A stretch of 64,000 nt of DNA from the NCBI RefSeq assembly GCF_000142905.1, contig NW_013657651.1:342167-406166 (forward strand), written 5' to 3'. Made by a program: the position numbers and the translations under genes. How positions within the stretch are numbered: the stretch's first letter is position 1; every line of letters starts with the position of its first letter. This DNA comes from Thecamonas trahens ATCC 50062. Its lineage: Eukaryota > Protista > Apusomonadida. Below, piece after piece: positions 22,605 through 33,755 of the stretch. A model generated the notes under the pieces. The model worked only from the letters and a program-made list of their open reading frames with translations, had not been told where the DNA came from and ran no database searches.

Positions 22605-22997
22605 CTAGTCCGAGTCGGAACGGGGCAGGTTGCTGTCCGAGTCAAACTGGGCGTTCCACTCTGCGACCCATGCGCGGTACTCGGGCTGTGTGTACCAGTC
22701 GTCGTCGAGGGCCTCCATGTCCGAGAGGCTCGCCTTAAAGGGGAAGGGCAACAACTTTGTTCCATAGGCAGCAGGCGGCGACGGCGGCGGACTGTCGACA
22801 GCCTCGCCAGGAGCAGCTGTGGGGAAGAGAATGGGCTGATCGATGGAGACGGCCCGCTCGCCGCCCTTGCGCTTGGTCGACGTCGCCCGCTTGGCCGAGC
22901 CCTGCCGGTGACGGTACTTGCGGTAGGCCCGGACGGGCACAGCGCCCGCCACAGAAACCCAAGTCTTGGCCACAACAACACGGCACGCACTGAGCAT
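22605..22997 (-). CDS. Hypothetical protein, possible mitochondrial presequence
   Basis: 130-aa ORF starting MLSACRVVVAKTW... with an Arg-rich N-terminus free of acidic residues and a globular-looking C-terminus (WYTQPEYRAWVAEWNAQF). Confidence 0.45.
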   Translation of the reverse strand: MLSACRVVVAKTWVSVAGAVPVRAYRKYRHRQGSAKRATSTKRKGGERAVSIDQPILFPTAAPGEAVDSPPPSPPAAYGTKLLPFPFKASLSDMEALDDDWYTQPEYRAWVAEWNAQFDSDSNLPRSDSD

Positions 22998-23561
22998 CCT
23001 TGTGTTCCCCCAAAGTCGAAATGCAGTCGCGTGTGCCTTCCCTATACCTTCCGCTACCTGCCCACCCCTCGGTCGGCCGTGGATGTCGCGCCGAGCCAGA
23101 TCGTCCGCCCCGTCCACTCGCCCGCTCGCTCGCCCACCATCCACCATCGCCGCTCTGATGCTGCGAGCGCTGGTCTTTTCTCAGCTGCTCTTATCTGGAC
23201 TCATCGACATCTGGTGATTCTTGCGACGGATGTGTGATTGTTGGGTGGGTGGGGGTCGCGGGGGGTGATCGGGATCCAGAACGGGACGAGGTGCGCGAGG
23301 CTGTCGAGCTTGTGTCGAAGTAGAGGTGATCACGTACAGTAGCGAGCGGGGGATCGACGGGAACACGAGTTTAGGCTTGAGATGGGCGTGCGCGAGCGCG
23401 GCAATTTTCACGAGCTGTGGCTCCTTGTCGAGCCGTTGTGGGCGTTCGAGAACACGATCGAACAATGATCACGATCAGTTACGAGGAGCCACGGGGAGCC
23501 ATGGGGAGCCACGGATAGCCACGGGTAGCCACGATCAACCACATCAGCCACTCTGCCGTAC

Positions 23562-23858
23562 TTACTTCTTGCTCTTTCCCGCCTCCTTCGCTCCAGCCTC
23601 GGCCTCCCGAGCGTCAAGAGCCGCCAACTCGGCCCGAATGAGACGTAGCCGCCGCTCGCCCGCCAGCACATCCATGGCAGACGACATCGATGCCTCCCGC
23701 TCGGCTTCGTCAATGTCCTCCTCCGTCTCCTTCAGCATCTCGAGCAGTTCGTCCCGCGTAAACTTGCTCCCGTCAGACATCCACTTGTGGAGCAGGAGAC
23801 GAGTGTATGCTCGGCCAGGCGGGCTCCTAGGCGAGATCGCAGCAGCTGGCACTGGGCA
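23562..23858 (-). CDS. Hypothetical coiled-coil protein (may continue after a gtaagt donor near 23565)
   Basis: Helical ELLEMLKETEEDIDEAERE...RRLRLIRAELAALD with coding-like codon use. The apparent stop overlaps a strong donor consensus. Confidence 0.45.
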   Translation of the reverse strand, partial: CPVPAAAISPRSPPGRAYTRLLLHKWMSDGSKFTRDELLEMLKETEEDIDEAEREASMSSAMDVLAGERRLRLIRAELAALDAREAEAGAKEAGKSKK

Positions 23859-24262
23859 TAGACGTCTGCGGTAGACACTCCTATGATACCTCTTTGACCG
23901 CGATCTCGGCCGTTTGGCCCCTAGCAGGGCAGCTCCGAGTACCTCGTTGCGGGCAGCAGATCATCGCCACCATTCGCGCGAGCACAAGGCATAAAACCCT
24001 GCTCTACACTTGCTCCGGCATCAGCCATCATTCTCACCCAACCGCGATCACTTTGGCCCAGGCAAGAGCATCAGCAACGCACCAGGCTCGCCGTAGGTGG
24101 GCATGATTGGGGCAGCTGATCGGGGGAGAAAAAGAAAAGAAAGAGAAGAAAAAAAACAGCCCACCAAGATCAAGTTGCAAGAGCTGACCGCACGTGCAGC
24201 TTTGGGCTCTGGGCCGAGGACGGCGAGACAGCCGCAGACGTGACTTGCAGACAACCGTGGGT

Positions 24263-25410
24263 ATGGGCAAATACCTTTGCGTGGCATGTATGCTGGCAGT
24301 GGTGGTGGTTGTGGGCATGAGTGTGGAGGCGGAGGCGAGCGTGCGGACTGTCTTTGTCTCGCCAACCGGTTCGGACAGCAACAGCGGGAGCGAGTCATAT
24401 CCGTTTGCCACACTCGGGCATGCCATTACCTCTGCTGGCGAGAATGGAACAGTCAATGTCCTGGCAGGCGTTTACACTCGCATTCCGTCCATTGATGTCG
24501 ATGGCATTGTCATCAACGGCTACCCTGATCTCAAGCCGAGGAAGCATGTCATCTCCTTCCTCCACACCTATCCCTCGCCCGTCCTGTCCATCTCGGCCAA
24601 GCGAGTCATCATCAACGGCATCGGCTTCTCGCAGTCACGCGGGTACGCCGGTACCTACGGCGCTGTTCATATCGCCCGCCCGGCCGAGGTCGCCATGCAG
24701 CAATGTGAGTTCTGGGACAACTCGGTCGGGATCTCAGTCATGGGCGGCTCGGTGGCTGTCGGCCAGACCGCGTTCTCCACCATCCTCTCGGACGGCAAGT
24801 CCGGCACGGCGGTGCTCATGCAGTACGGCGACTTTGGCAACGGCGGCCAGGCCGCGCTTGAAAACGCGGTCGTGTACGGTGGCACGGATCTGAGCTCGGC
24901 CAAGGGGACGGCGGTCAAGATCTCGGGTGGGCCGGCGACGTTTGAGGCGTTCAACACGGTCTTTGCCAACCTCGCTGCAGTCTCGACCATGGGCTACATC
25001 AACAAGGATGTCCAGCTTGTGTTCTCGTCGGCCAACGTGACCGGAACAACCCGTGCGTTCTACGCGTACGGCATGCAGCAGCCAGGTCGCGGCCAGCTGA
25101 CCATCGAGAACTCGGTGGTGGCCAACGGCGGCGGCTCGGACGTCGACGGCCCTGGCGTGTCGGTCGGCTCCGGCGTGACGGTTGCTATCAAGGCCACGAC
25201 CTTCAGCTCGCTCACCACCACCGGCAACGGGGCGCGCTCTACTGCGGCGACCAGGCGTCAATGTCGGTCATCGACTCGACGCTCGTCGACAACTCGGCGG
25301 CCGATGGCTCGCCGGCGTGGTGCTCTTCCTCCTGCGGCTTTGTTGCCGACAATGTCTCATCGCAGCACAACACTGCCAAGTCGCAAACCGGCAAGTGTCC
25401 CGGCGTGTAG
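24263..25410 (+). CDS. Secreted right-handed beta-helix (pectin-lyase-like) protein; one-base frameshift near 25229
   Basis: Signal peptide, the N-cap VFVSPTGSDSNSGSESYPFATLGHAI and parallel beta-helix repeats. Adding one G gives GNGGALYC...VDNSA...KCPGV, ending at TAG 25408-25410. Confidence 0.8.
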
Positions 25411-25699
25411 CAGGTGGAACACCCTCGGCAACGTCCGCATCCCCACGAGCGATGAATTTCTCCACTATGCGCAACATGCGCGCATAAACACACACACACT
25501 CTCTCTCTCTCTTCAACATCTCATCTCAGCCCTCCTTCGCCAGCTATCGTACGGGCGAAATCAGGCGACACTGCCCTCCCCCAGCCTGGCAACGGCGGCT
25601 GTTTACGGAGCCCGAGCCTCAATCCTCCGCCCGCCTGCCCGTCCACACGCCTCACCAACCCACTCGTCTCCACCTCCTACCTCGCTCCCGCGACTCATC

Positions 25700-26361
25700 A
25701 TGGCCATGGACGAGCGCGAGCTCTTCCAAGTACGAAGCCCAGCCACCGCTCCCCATCCCACCTCCATCACCTCCCATCCCCCCCCCCCCCCCCCTCTCCT
25801 TCTCTTCACACACACTCACGCTGTTCGCAATGGCGGTGGTAGGCTCTGACCCGGGCACTGGAAGAGGTGCGGGTGAACGGAGTGCCGTCTGGAGAGGAAC
25901 CATCGCGTGTGCTGTCACTGCAAGGATTGATTGGCGTGAGCGGAGAAGAGCTTCTGGACATGGTGGAAGAGTGTGGTACCGTCACCCACTATGTGGTTAC
26001 TCCTGGTCTGGCATCAGCCATGTTGATCTTTGCTACCCAGCGAGATGCTGAAGCTGGTCATGCTCGTCTCAGGAATGCTCGGCTTGGGGAGCGGCCCGAT
26101 GAGTATGTGGTCAAATTTGGCAAGAACCCTACGTTGTCGGATGAAGAGCTCTCCAGGCTGCTCCTTGTTCCACCGCACAAGACAAACTTTCTCATCTCGC
26201 CGCCGCCATCTCCGCCTGATGACTGGATCCCCGGTCCGGAGGACGGGCCCAACTCGCTGCAGGCCCCGGACGTCGACGAGCCCATTGTCCTTGATTCGCA
26301 CGTTGTTCTCCTCTCCACCGACTCGCAGGACATGCCCAACATCCACTTTGAGCCGGCGTAA
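25700..26361 (+). CDS. RCAN: Calcipressin / regulator of calcineurin
   Basis: Exon 1 is 25700-25729, intron 25730-25842. An RRM-like region is followed by the diagnostic FLISPPPSPP and a C-terminal PxIxIT-like PNIHFE. Confidence 0.88.
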
Positions 26362-26958
26362 GGTCAGGCTGCTCCTTGCCGCGCCTGCGTCGCCTGGCCC
26401 GACTCTTGACTGATGTCGGCCGCCGGCTCGACCACAGACGCCCCTTGCCCGTGTTGATCACATCCCCCTGTCTCATCCAAGCCGCTGCGATGAAGAAGCT
26501 CAAGAATTATGCGAAAGCTTTCCTGCCGACAACCATCTCCATGGTGCGCCACATCAGATGTGTGTGTGTGTGCAATTTGCTTTGCTAAAATACTGCAGCA
26601 TCCACGATCTCTGTTTCTGTGGAGACACATCCGTGTCCTCCGCCTTCCTCCCCCTCCCACCCCACCCTGCCACCCCCCCCCACACCAACCACCTCACCTC
26701 CTTCTTCCTTACCCACACCACCCACCTTTCTCATCCCTGCATCCATCACCACCATCACCACCCAAATCACCTCCCCATCAGAAGACCAGTCATCCCGAAA
26801 ACCAGCTCGTGATTTCATGCTGCCCCCCCCCTCACCCCTCCCCCCCCCCCCTCTCCCCCAACGGCAGCCAAACTCTCTGGCGCCACACCACCTCGCTTCG
26901 TTCACCAAAGCCCCCCCCCTACGAGCTACGGCAGTTGTCGTTTGATTTGGCTCTCAGC

Positions 26959-28572
26959 ATGCTTACTTTGCACGGATTGCGTGGCCTCGTTGGAGCAGGC
27001 GGGCTCGGAAGGGTTGCAGGCGTGTTGGCTAGCCGGAGCGCGTCGTCGCAGGCTACTCAGCCGCCCGAGTCGCTCAAGACTGATTGGCTCACGCTCCCGA
27101 CGTCGGACCAGGTCTTCCATCCGTCGAACCTCAACCCTCACTTGGTCAAGATGGAGTATGCTGTCCGCGGACTGCTGGTGCAGACAGCAGAGAAGCTCGA
27201 GGCACAGCTCCGCCGAGGCGAGCTCGATGATGCTCCGTTTGACAAGATTGTGTACTGTAACATCGGCAATCCGCAGGCGCTCGACGACATTGCGCTCACC
27301 TTTATCCGGCAGGTCCTTGCTCTGGTCACCTACCCTGGACTCATCGATGCGGTCCGCGGAGGCCAGATCTCGGAAGAGCTCTTCCCATCGGATACGGTTG
27401 CCCGGGCCGAGGACATCCTTGCTTCTGTGCCTGGCGGCGTCGGCGCGTACTCGCATTCGATGGGCATTCCCTACGTCCGGCAAAAGGTGGCGCAGTTTAT
27501 TGAGGAGCGCGACGGATACCCGTCCGATCCAGAGGCCATCTTCATCACCGACGGCGCGTCGCCGGGCATCTCGACCGTCATCCAGTCGCTCATCCGCGGG
27601 CCGAACGACGGCATCCTCCTTCCTGTCCCGCAGTATCCGCTGTACTCGGCGACGGTGGCGGCGTGCGGCGGAACGCAGGTCGACTATTACCTTGACGAGG
27701 CCAATGGGTGGTCGCTTGACGTGGCTGAGCTCGACCGGGCGGTGACCGAAGCCAAGGCCAACGGCGTCGGCCCGCGGGCGCTCGCGGTCATCAACCCGGG
27801 CAACCCGACCGGCCAGGTCATGTCTGCGAACAACATCGCGGACGTCATTCAGTTCTGCGCCGACCACCACCTCATTGTCCTTGCCGACGAGGTCTACCAG
27901 GAGAATGTGTACGATCCAGACAACAAGCCGTTTGTCTCGTTTAAGAAGGCGCTGATGGACTCGGCGCCGGGCGTCCGCGACCGAGTCGAGCTTTTCTCCT
28001 TCCATTCAGTTTCCAAGGGCATGCTTGGCGAGTGCGGCCTCCGCGGCGGCTACATGGAGGCGCACAACATTCACCACGATGGTATGGCGCAGCTGTACAA
28101 GAACGTCTCGGTCTCGCTCTGCTCCAACACCATCGGCCAGCTCACCGTCGGCCTCATGGTCGACCCGCCCCAGCTCGGTGACCCGTCGTACCACCTCTAC
28201 ACCAAGCAGTACCGCAAGCAGTACAAGTCACTCAAGCGCCGCGCCCTCGCCCTCACCGACGCGCTCAACTCGATGGAGGGCGTGAGCTGCAAGCCAGCGT
28301 CGGGCGCCATGTACGCCTTCCCGCAGATCACCCTCCCAGCCGCCGTTGCTGCCGCTGCTTCGGACCTCTACATGTCGCCCGACACGTACTACTGCCTCGA
28401 GCTACTCAAGGGCACTGGCGTGTGCGTCGTCCCCGGCTCCGGCTTTGGTCAGGTCGACGGCACCTACCACTTCCGCACCACCTTCCTCCCGCCCGAGCAC
28501 GAGCTTGCCAAGGTCGGCGAGACCGTCGCCAAGTGGCATGCCGAGTTTATGGACAAGCACCGTGGCTCGTGA
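26959..28572 (+). CDS. GPT: Alanine aminotransferase (PLP-dependent), probably mitochondrial
   Basis: MEYAVRG, CNIGNPQ, GAYSHSMG, PQYPLYSA, INPGNPTG, ADEVYQEN, SFHSVSKGMLGECGLRGGY and VPGSGFGQ, with an Arg-rich presequence. Confidence 0.96.
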   Translation: MLTLHGLRGLVGAGGLGRVAGVLASRSASSQATQPPESLKTDWLTLPTSDQVFHPSNLNPHLVKMEYAVRGLLVQTAEKLEAQLRRGELDDAPFDKIVYCNIGNPQALDDIALTFIRQVLALVTYPGLIDAVRGGQISEELFPSDTVARAEDILASVPGGVGAYSHSMGIPYVRQKVAQFIEERDGYPSDPEAIFITDGASPGISTVIQSLIRGPNDGILLPVPQYPLYSATVAACGGTQVDYYLDEANGWSLDVAELDRAVTEAKANGVGPRALAVINPGNPTGQVMSANNIADVIQFCADHHLIVLADEVYQENVYDPDNKPFVSFKKALMDSAPGVRDRVELFSFHSVSKGMLGECGLRGGYMEAHNIHHDGMAQLYKNVSVSLCSNTIGQLTVGLMVDPPQLGDPSYHLYTKQYRKQYKSLKRRALALTDALNSMEGVSCKPASGAMYAFPQITLPAAVAAAASDLYMSPDTYYCLELLKGTGVCVVPGSGFGQVDGTYHFRTTFLPPEHELAKVGETVAKWHAEFMDKHRGS

Positions 28573-28602
28573 GCGCGTAAAGCTACACAGACTCCATGCT
28601 AC

Positions 28603-30102
28603 TCACTCTTTGCCGCTGATGCTCGGCCCTGCCGCGGCGGCCACCTCGAGGTGATGCACGAGGGCGGTGAAGAGCGAGGCCGGCAGCGAGCGGGTGCCGG
28701 GCGAGAGCGGAGCTGGCAGCGCTGGAGCTGACTGCTTTGGGCCGGCACGGCGAGCCGCGAGTGCAGTGGCGGCTGCCTCGGCGCTCTCCATCGCGCTTGT
28801 GAGCATGTCCTGCGACTTGGCGACAACGTCCAGCTCCAGAGCCACGGCGTCGCGGCGGGTGCGGAGCCGCCGCAGGCCGCGCTTAGACGGCCCGTCGCCA
28901 GGCACAGGATTCGCCTTTGTCTCACAAAGATGGACATCGAGCTGCTCGGCCTCGAGCGCAAGGAGCTCAGCCAGGACCTCGTGATCAGCCTGCAACGCAG
29001 CTGCCGTCGACTGGAACAGCTCCAGCTCAACAGCTGCCGCGTCGCGCTGCGCCTCGTCCCCGCCCTCGCCGGACAGCACTCGCGCCGCCCTCGCCCACAC
29101 AGTAGTGAGCAGGCGCATGGCCTCGGCGGTCTCGGCCTGGAGGACAAGCAAGTTGGGCGGCTCGTAGTCGGACGAGGTGGTCGACTCGTCGAGGCACGAG
29201 TCGGAGCACGACGAGAGCGAGAAGCCCATCTCGTTCCGCTCGACCATGTCCATCACCATGTCAGTTGTCGGCGTGAACGGGACCGACTCGGCCTCGGACG
29301 AGTCCTCCGAGTACGACTCGCGGCGGATGGCTACCGGCGCAGGGCGTCGCGAGTCGAGCTTTCGTCGGCGCCCAGGTGGAGGTGGTGGCGGCGACGACGA
29401 TGACGACGATGACGACGATGATGATGATGACTCGGACGACGACGATGACGACTGTGGCAGCGGCGGAGACTCGCGGCTGCCGGCATCACGCACAGCAGCA
29501 AGGGTCACAGCGTCAATGGCTTCGTCCAGCAGCGCATCGGCCATGACCGGCACCAGCGCCGACGTCAGGTCGGCGGCCACCGTGTCGATGATGCCATCGT
29601 CTGCGACGTTCTCAGCGAGCTCGACAACCACCTCGTCGATCACCAGCTCCGCAGCAAGCGACACCAGTGTCTCCGTGCCTGACTCGAGAGTGTCGTTCTG
29701 ATCACACTCACCACTGCTGCTTTCCTCAACCGCCAGCACCGCATTGAGCTCTTCATCATCCGGCCCTGATCCCCAGGCTCCACCGCTTCCGCTTGACGAC
29801 CCCCATCCCGAGCCGTCGGAACTGATGTCCTGCACATCATCGATCTCGTCACCACAAACGTCAGCCTGGCCATCACTTTGATCGACACCAAGGCCAGCAG
29901 CTCCATGCCCGAGCCGTCCACCTCCATCGCTCTCTGTACTGCACTCCCAGCCCGAACCGGACTCACCCGAGTGCTCCGCCTCAACGGCACTCGGCCTGGC
30001 CGGACCACTGCTGGCGAGCACCACCCCGCGCCCACGCACAGCCGCAACACGGGGAGCTGCTTGTACGCTCGCCTCGAGACCAACTTGGGCAAAGATATCC
30101 AT
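28603..30102 (-). CDS. Hypothetical acidic/Ser-rich protein with a C-terminal coiled coil
   Basis: Long ORF. The likely start is MDIFAQ at 30102, because the upstream ATG overlaps the end of the neighbouring gene. No family recognised. Confidence 0.6.
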   Translation of the reverse strand: MDIFAQVGLEASVQAAPRVAAVRGRGVVLASSGPARPSAVEAEHSGESGSGWECSTESDGGGRLGHGAAGLGVDQSDGQADVCGDEIDDVQDISSDGSGWGSSSGSGGAWGSGPDDEELNAVLAVEESSSGECDQNDTLESGTETLVSLAAELVIDEVVVELAENVADDGIIDTVAADLTSALVPVMADALLDEAIDAVTLAAVRDAGSRESPPLPQSSSSSSESSSSSSSSSSSSSPPPPPPGRRRKLDSRRPAPVAIRRESYSEDSSEAESVPFTPTTDMVMDMVERNEMGFSLSSCSDSCLDESTTSSDYEPPNLLVLQAETAEAMRLLTTVWARAARVLSGEGGDEAQRDAAAVELELFQSTAAALQADHEVLAELLALEAEQLDVHLCETKANPVPGDGPSKRGLRRLRTRRDAVALELDVVAKSQDMLTSAMESAEAAATALAARRAGPKQSAPALPAPLSPGTRSLPASLFTALVHHLEVAAAAGPSISGKE

Positions 30103-30226
30103 GTCCGCCGAGACGCGTATGCGTGTAGGTTTATGTAGCTTGCCGCCGCGCGAGCTGACTCGAGTTGGCCCCTCTCCCTCCCTTCCCCCCCCCCCCCCCC
30201 CCCCGGCATTAAAGACAACGACACGT

Positions 30227-33136
30227 TCATTCATCGCCATCGCTGGAGGATGGCGGGACGGCGTTGATCATACCGCTTGCAATCGAGCTGGCCTGCTGCG
30301 GCTCGACAACGTCCATGTCAACGACACACAAGTCGGGCTCGCCGCTGCTGAGCGACTCGGCTTCGGTGGCGATGGCGTCGACAAGAAGGGTGGCGAGCGG
30401 GGCGAGGGCGGCAATCTGAGAGTCGGGTCGGCTGGCGGCGACGCCGGCGATCCACGACGTGGATGACAGAAAGACCGGGAGCAGCGGCTCAAGCTGCGGG
30501 AGGAGCAGGTCCGGCCGCATGTGCAGCGCCATGCCGATGAGCACGAGGATGTCGCGCATGTAGGCGGCAGAGGCGGCGACGGTGGCAGGCGAGTGCGTGT
30601 CGGACAGGGCGAGGGCAAACCGCGTTCCTGACGCCGGCGGAGGACCAAGAACAAAGACCTCTTGCGAGAGCGCCTCGACCAGTCGGACGATGAGGACAAG
30701 GCTCCGGTTTCGGGCAGTTGTGCCAGCAGTTTGCGACATGGCGGTGCCGAGGACCTGCGAGGCTGCAATCTGCGAGCCAAGCGTTCCGGTTGCCTGCGGC
30801 AGCGGAGTCGTGTCGAGCAGCGTCTCCAGCCCGGCATCGCTCGTTGCCACGACGTACGACAGGATGCGGACGACGCGCCGGCGGAGGCGGCGGACCTCGT
30901 CGGGCGCGTACTCGGTCGACGCCGAGAGCAGTGCCGCCACCCGCAGCAGCGGCGACGTCCTGCTTGGCTCAAGCAGGAGCGCCAGGAGCCGCGGCGCGCG
31001 GACGAGCGCCTGCAGCAGCTCGACAGCGCCCTCACGGATGGCCAGCGGCTGCTTTGGCGAGAGCAGCGCGTCGAGGTAGCCGCGCGAGAACAGGATGCGG
31101 AACGAGGCGAGCGTGTCCGGCGGGAGCGCGCGAGCCACAAAGGTGAGCGCCGCCACCAGCGCTGCCACCGTCTCGTCCGCCATGAACTTTTCAAAGTTGT
31201 CGAGCATGTAGCGGACGACCTGGATCGGGTTCATCGCGGCACGCTCGTCGTCCCACCGCTCGCCGCCGAGGTCCATCGCTCGCGGGCCTGAGCCGTGCCC
31301 GGCGGCGGCGTCGTCGTCAGAGTCAACAATGGCACCAGCTAGCGGCGAAGAGACGGGATCAAAACCGGCGCCCTGACTTCCGCCGGCACCAAAGCCAAGC
31401 TCGGCGTCAGCGGTCGCCGAGTTGGCGAGCAGGGTTCGTGCGTCGGGCGAGAACGCGAGGATCGCACCGAGTACCGACAGCACCGCGGCGTGGACCTTGG
31501 CCGGCGCCTCGGCCACTAGGTTGGCGCCAAGGAGAGCAAAAAGGTCCGGGAGGCACGCCGGCTCACACGAGGTGGCAAGCATCCGGAGGAGGATGCCGAG
31601 TAGCGCTTGCGAGAGAGCGTCGGCATCGTAGCTGGCCTCAAGTCCTCCGGGCCGCGGACCGGCGCTGCCGCCGACACTCAGTGTGCCGCCGCCCGAGCCG
31701 AGAACTTGCGACGCCACAGGCGTGGTGTGCGAGAAGCCGAGCCGCATCCGCGGCCGGTGTACCGGGCTGCCTGGTAGCCGCGGCGCAAGACCAGCTTCGC
31801 CGGCCGCATTGATGGTCGCTGCCGTGTCGGGCGTGCCTGTTGACTGCAGCAGCAGATGCACCGCACTTGGCACATGGCTGAAGAGGGCATGGACGAGCCG
31901 GCGGTAGTCGTCGAGGTCGTTGAGGTGGGCGTGAAGCGCGTCGCGCATCCGCATGCGCGGTGGCGGTGGCGGCGCCTCGACTGGCGGTGAAGAGCTTGTC
32001 TCTAGAGCCGATGCACCGCTGGTGGTACGGGTTGGGCGGACAGGGGTGTCGAGAAAGCCCTCGCCAAACATCATCATATGGGCCGGGCTTGGTGCTGGCG
32101 GTTGCGGCGGGGGAGCCGAGCCAGCAAGCGTACGTGCTCGACGTGGGCGGCCCGAGGTGGGAGTCTGTGACGAGCTCCCCGCGCGGGCCGAGCGGCCGGA
32201 GCTGAGAGCACCGCCTCCTGCAGTGAGCGACTCGCGCATGCGGCGCATCTCCTCTTGAAAGAACTGCTGCTGGGCACCCTTGGCCTCGTTGACCTGCTTG
32301 AGCTGGCGTTGTAGCCTGCGGGCCTCTTCCTCGTGGTTGCGGGCCTCATTCTGCTTGAACGACAGCTCTGTTCGCATCTGGTTGACCTCGTCGGTCAGGC
32401 GCTTGATGGCCCCGTTGGTTTCCATCTGCGCGTTCTGACGCGCCTGCATCTCACGGGCCCGGGCCTCGACGAGCTCACGCTCATGAACCACAAACCTGTC
32501 GCGCAAGTTGGTGATCTCGCCGATCTTAGTCTGCAGCTGGGCAACCAGCTCGTCGCGGGTCATTAATTGGATGGGCTTGTTGCTCGGCGTCGGCGGTTCT
32601 GCCAGCCGCGGCCCCATATGTACACTGCCTTCGGTCCTCGCTCGCGTCACGGCCGGGCTCGCGGCCGACAGCGATTGCGAGGCGTGAGACGAGAAGAGCG
32701 AGCTCTGCCGCTGCGGTGTCTCGCCGCCCTTCTGCGACGCCATGTTCAGCGGACGCACCGGCGCAGTCAGCGAGCCGGTCGATCGGCTGGCGAGCCGCAT
32801 CGACTGCCTCTGTGACGAAGACGTCGTTTGCGCGGCAGGCGGCGGTGGACGCGGGCGCTGACTCGAGGCCGACGGTGGCATGGGCAGCGCGATTGAGCCC
32901 TGTGACGTCGGCTCGACACGCGGCGTTTGCGACATCTGCATGGAGAGCATGGCCGGGTCGTCAAGCAGGGCGGTGCATTCGTCCCACTCGAATGATGACA
33001 GCACTTTGAGCGCCTCTGATCCATGGTTATCACCTTTGCCCGTCGACGGCCGGGTCTCCAGCACCGCCCGCTGCAGCAAGAGCGCCGGTGGGAGGAGGTG
33101 CGACCGCAGCCCGCAGACCGAGAGCCACCCGCCCAT
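30227..33136 (-). CDS. ATRIP: ATR-interacting protein (ATRIP/Rad26/Ddc2)-like
   Basis: SQ/TQ-rich N-terminus. The coiled coil LQTKIGEITNLRD...QMRTELSFKQNE matches ATRIP KNGEIKILRD...LQSELQFKDAE, and the C-terminus is HEAT/ARM-like. The 5' end is uncertain. Confidence 0.7.
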   Translation of the reverse strand: MGGWLSVCGLRSHLLPPALLLQRAVLETRPSTGKGDNHGSEALKVLSSFEWDECTALLDDPAMLSMQMSQTPRVEPTSQGSIALPMPPSASSQRPRPPPPAAQTTSSSQRQSMRLASRSTGSLTAPVRPLNMASQKGGETPQRQSSLFSSHASQSLSAASPAVTRARTEGSVHMGPRLAEPPTPSNKPIQLMTRDELVAQLQTKIGEITNLRDRFVVHERELVEARAREMQARQNAQMETNGAIKRLTDEVNQMRTELSFKQNEARNHEEEARRLQRQLKQVNEAKGAQQQFFQEEMRRMRESLTAGGGALSSGRSARAGSSSQTPTSGRPRRARTLAGSAPPPQPPAPSPAHMMMFGEGFLDTPVRPTRTTSGASALETSSSPPVEAPPPPPRMRMRDALHAHLNDLDDYRRLVHALFSHVPSAVHLLLQSTGTPDTAATINAAGEAGLAPRLPGSPVHRPRMRLGFSHTTPVASQVLGSGGGTLSVGGSAGPRPGGLEASYDADALSQALLGILLRMLATSCEPACLPDLFALLGANLVAEAPAKVHAAVLSVLGAILAFSPDARTLLANSATADAELGFGAGGSQGAGFDPVSSPLAGAIVDSDDDAAAGHGSGPRAMDLGGERWDDERAAMNPIQVVRYMLDNFEKFMADETVAALVAALTFVARALPPDTLASFRILFSRGYLDALLSPKQPLAIREGAVELLQALVRAPRLLALLLEPSRTSPLLRVAALLSASTEYAPDEVRRLRRRVVRILSYVVATSDAGLETLLDTTPLPQATGTLGSQIAASQVLGTAMSQTAGTTARNRSLVLIVRLVEALSQEVFVLGPPPASGTRFALALSDTHSPATVAASAAYMRDILVLIGMALHMRPDLLLPQLEPLLPVFLSSTSWIAGVAASRPDSQIAALAPLATLLVDAIATEAESLSSGEPDLCVVDMDVVEPQQASSIASGMINAVPPSSSDGDE

Positions 33137-33463
33137 AGAGCCACACTGGTTTGTGAGTCACTCCCATACGCCTCCCCCCTCCCCCCCCCCCCCCTTTCTC
33201 CTCTCTCTCTCCCCCCCCCCCCCTCCCCAGCACACCCGCTCCGACAGAGAGCCCTGTCCCCGTAACTACGACCTTTTTCAGCAGGACGTACCCGTCGCGG
33301 TCGCATGGAGACGAATGGGTGACGATTGTTTGTTGATGGAAACATAGGATTGTTCGGCAGGCGGAAAGTGCGCGTCAGGGCAGCCAGACTGAGGAACGGG
33401 TCGGGAGGTCATGGCAGCGAGGAGCAGGAGCGGGGGGCGGGCAAGGGGTATACCACACTCATT

Positions 33464-33682
33464 ATGTCGTCTTCGTGCTCTGGACTGTTTGAGGAGCTGC
33501 GCCTGTGTATCAAGGCGTCTCCGTGCATGGCAAATGGACGCACCTTTCATCAGTGTCTTCATGCCATGGCCAAGGACGACGACGAGGTGGCGCCGTGCCA
33601 AGCTGTCCGTGCCTCGTACGCCCAATGCAAGCGGGAGCAGATTGATCGCCGTGCACGGATGAAGGGCAACTCTGGACACTGA
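33464..33682 (+). CDS. COA5: Cytochrome c oxidase assembly factor COA5/Pet191 (twin CX9C)
   Basis: MSSSCSGLFEELRLCIKASPCM...CL...CQAVRASYAQCKREQIDRRARMKGN. Confidence 0.88.
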   Translation: MSSSCSGLFEELRLCIKASPCMANGRTFHQCLHAMAKDDDEVAPCQAVRASYAQCKREQIDRRARMKGNSGH

Positions 33683-33755
33683 TGATAAAGCACAAATGGA
33701 GGTGTGGAGGAGTGGCGTGGTGATGTTCATTGTGCGGAGCTCTGGCTGGTGGCGG

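Noticed and set aside
25411-25849. Beta-helix ORF extending to 25849 and overlapping RCAN
   Set aside because: The extension comes from the frameshift near 25229. The corrected frame stops at 25410.
30103-30240. Overlap between the ATRIP-like stop and the next gene's start
   Set aside because: The upstream ATG reads through a poly-G spacer. ATG 30102 is the more plausible start.
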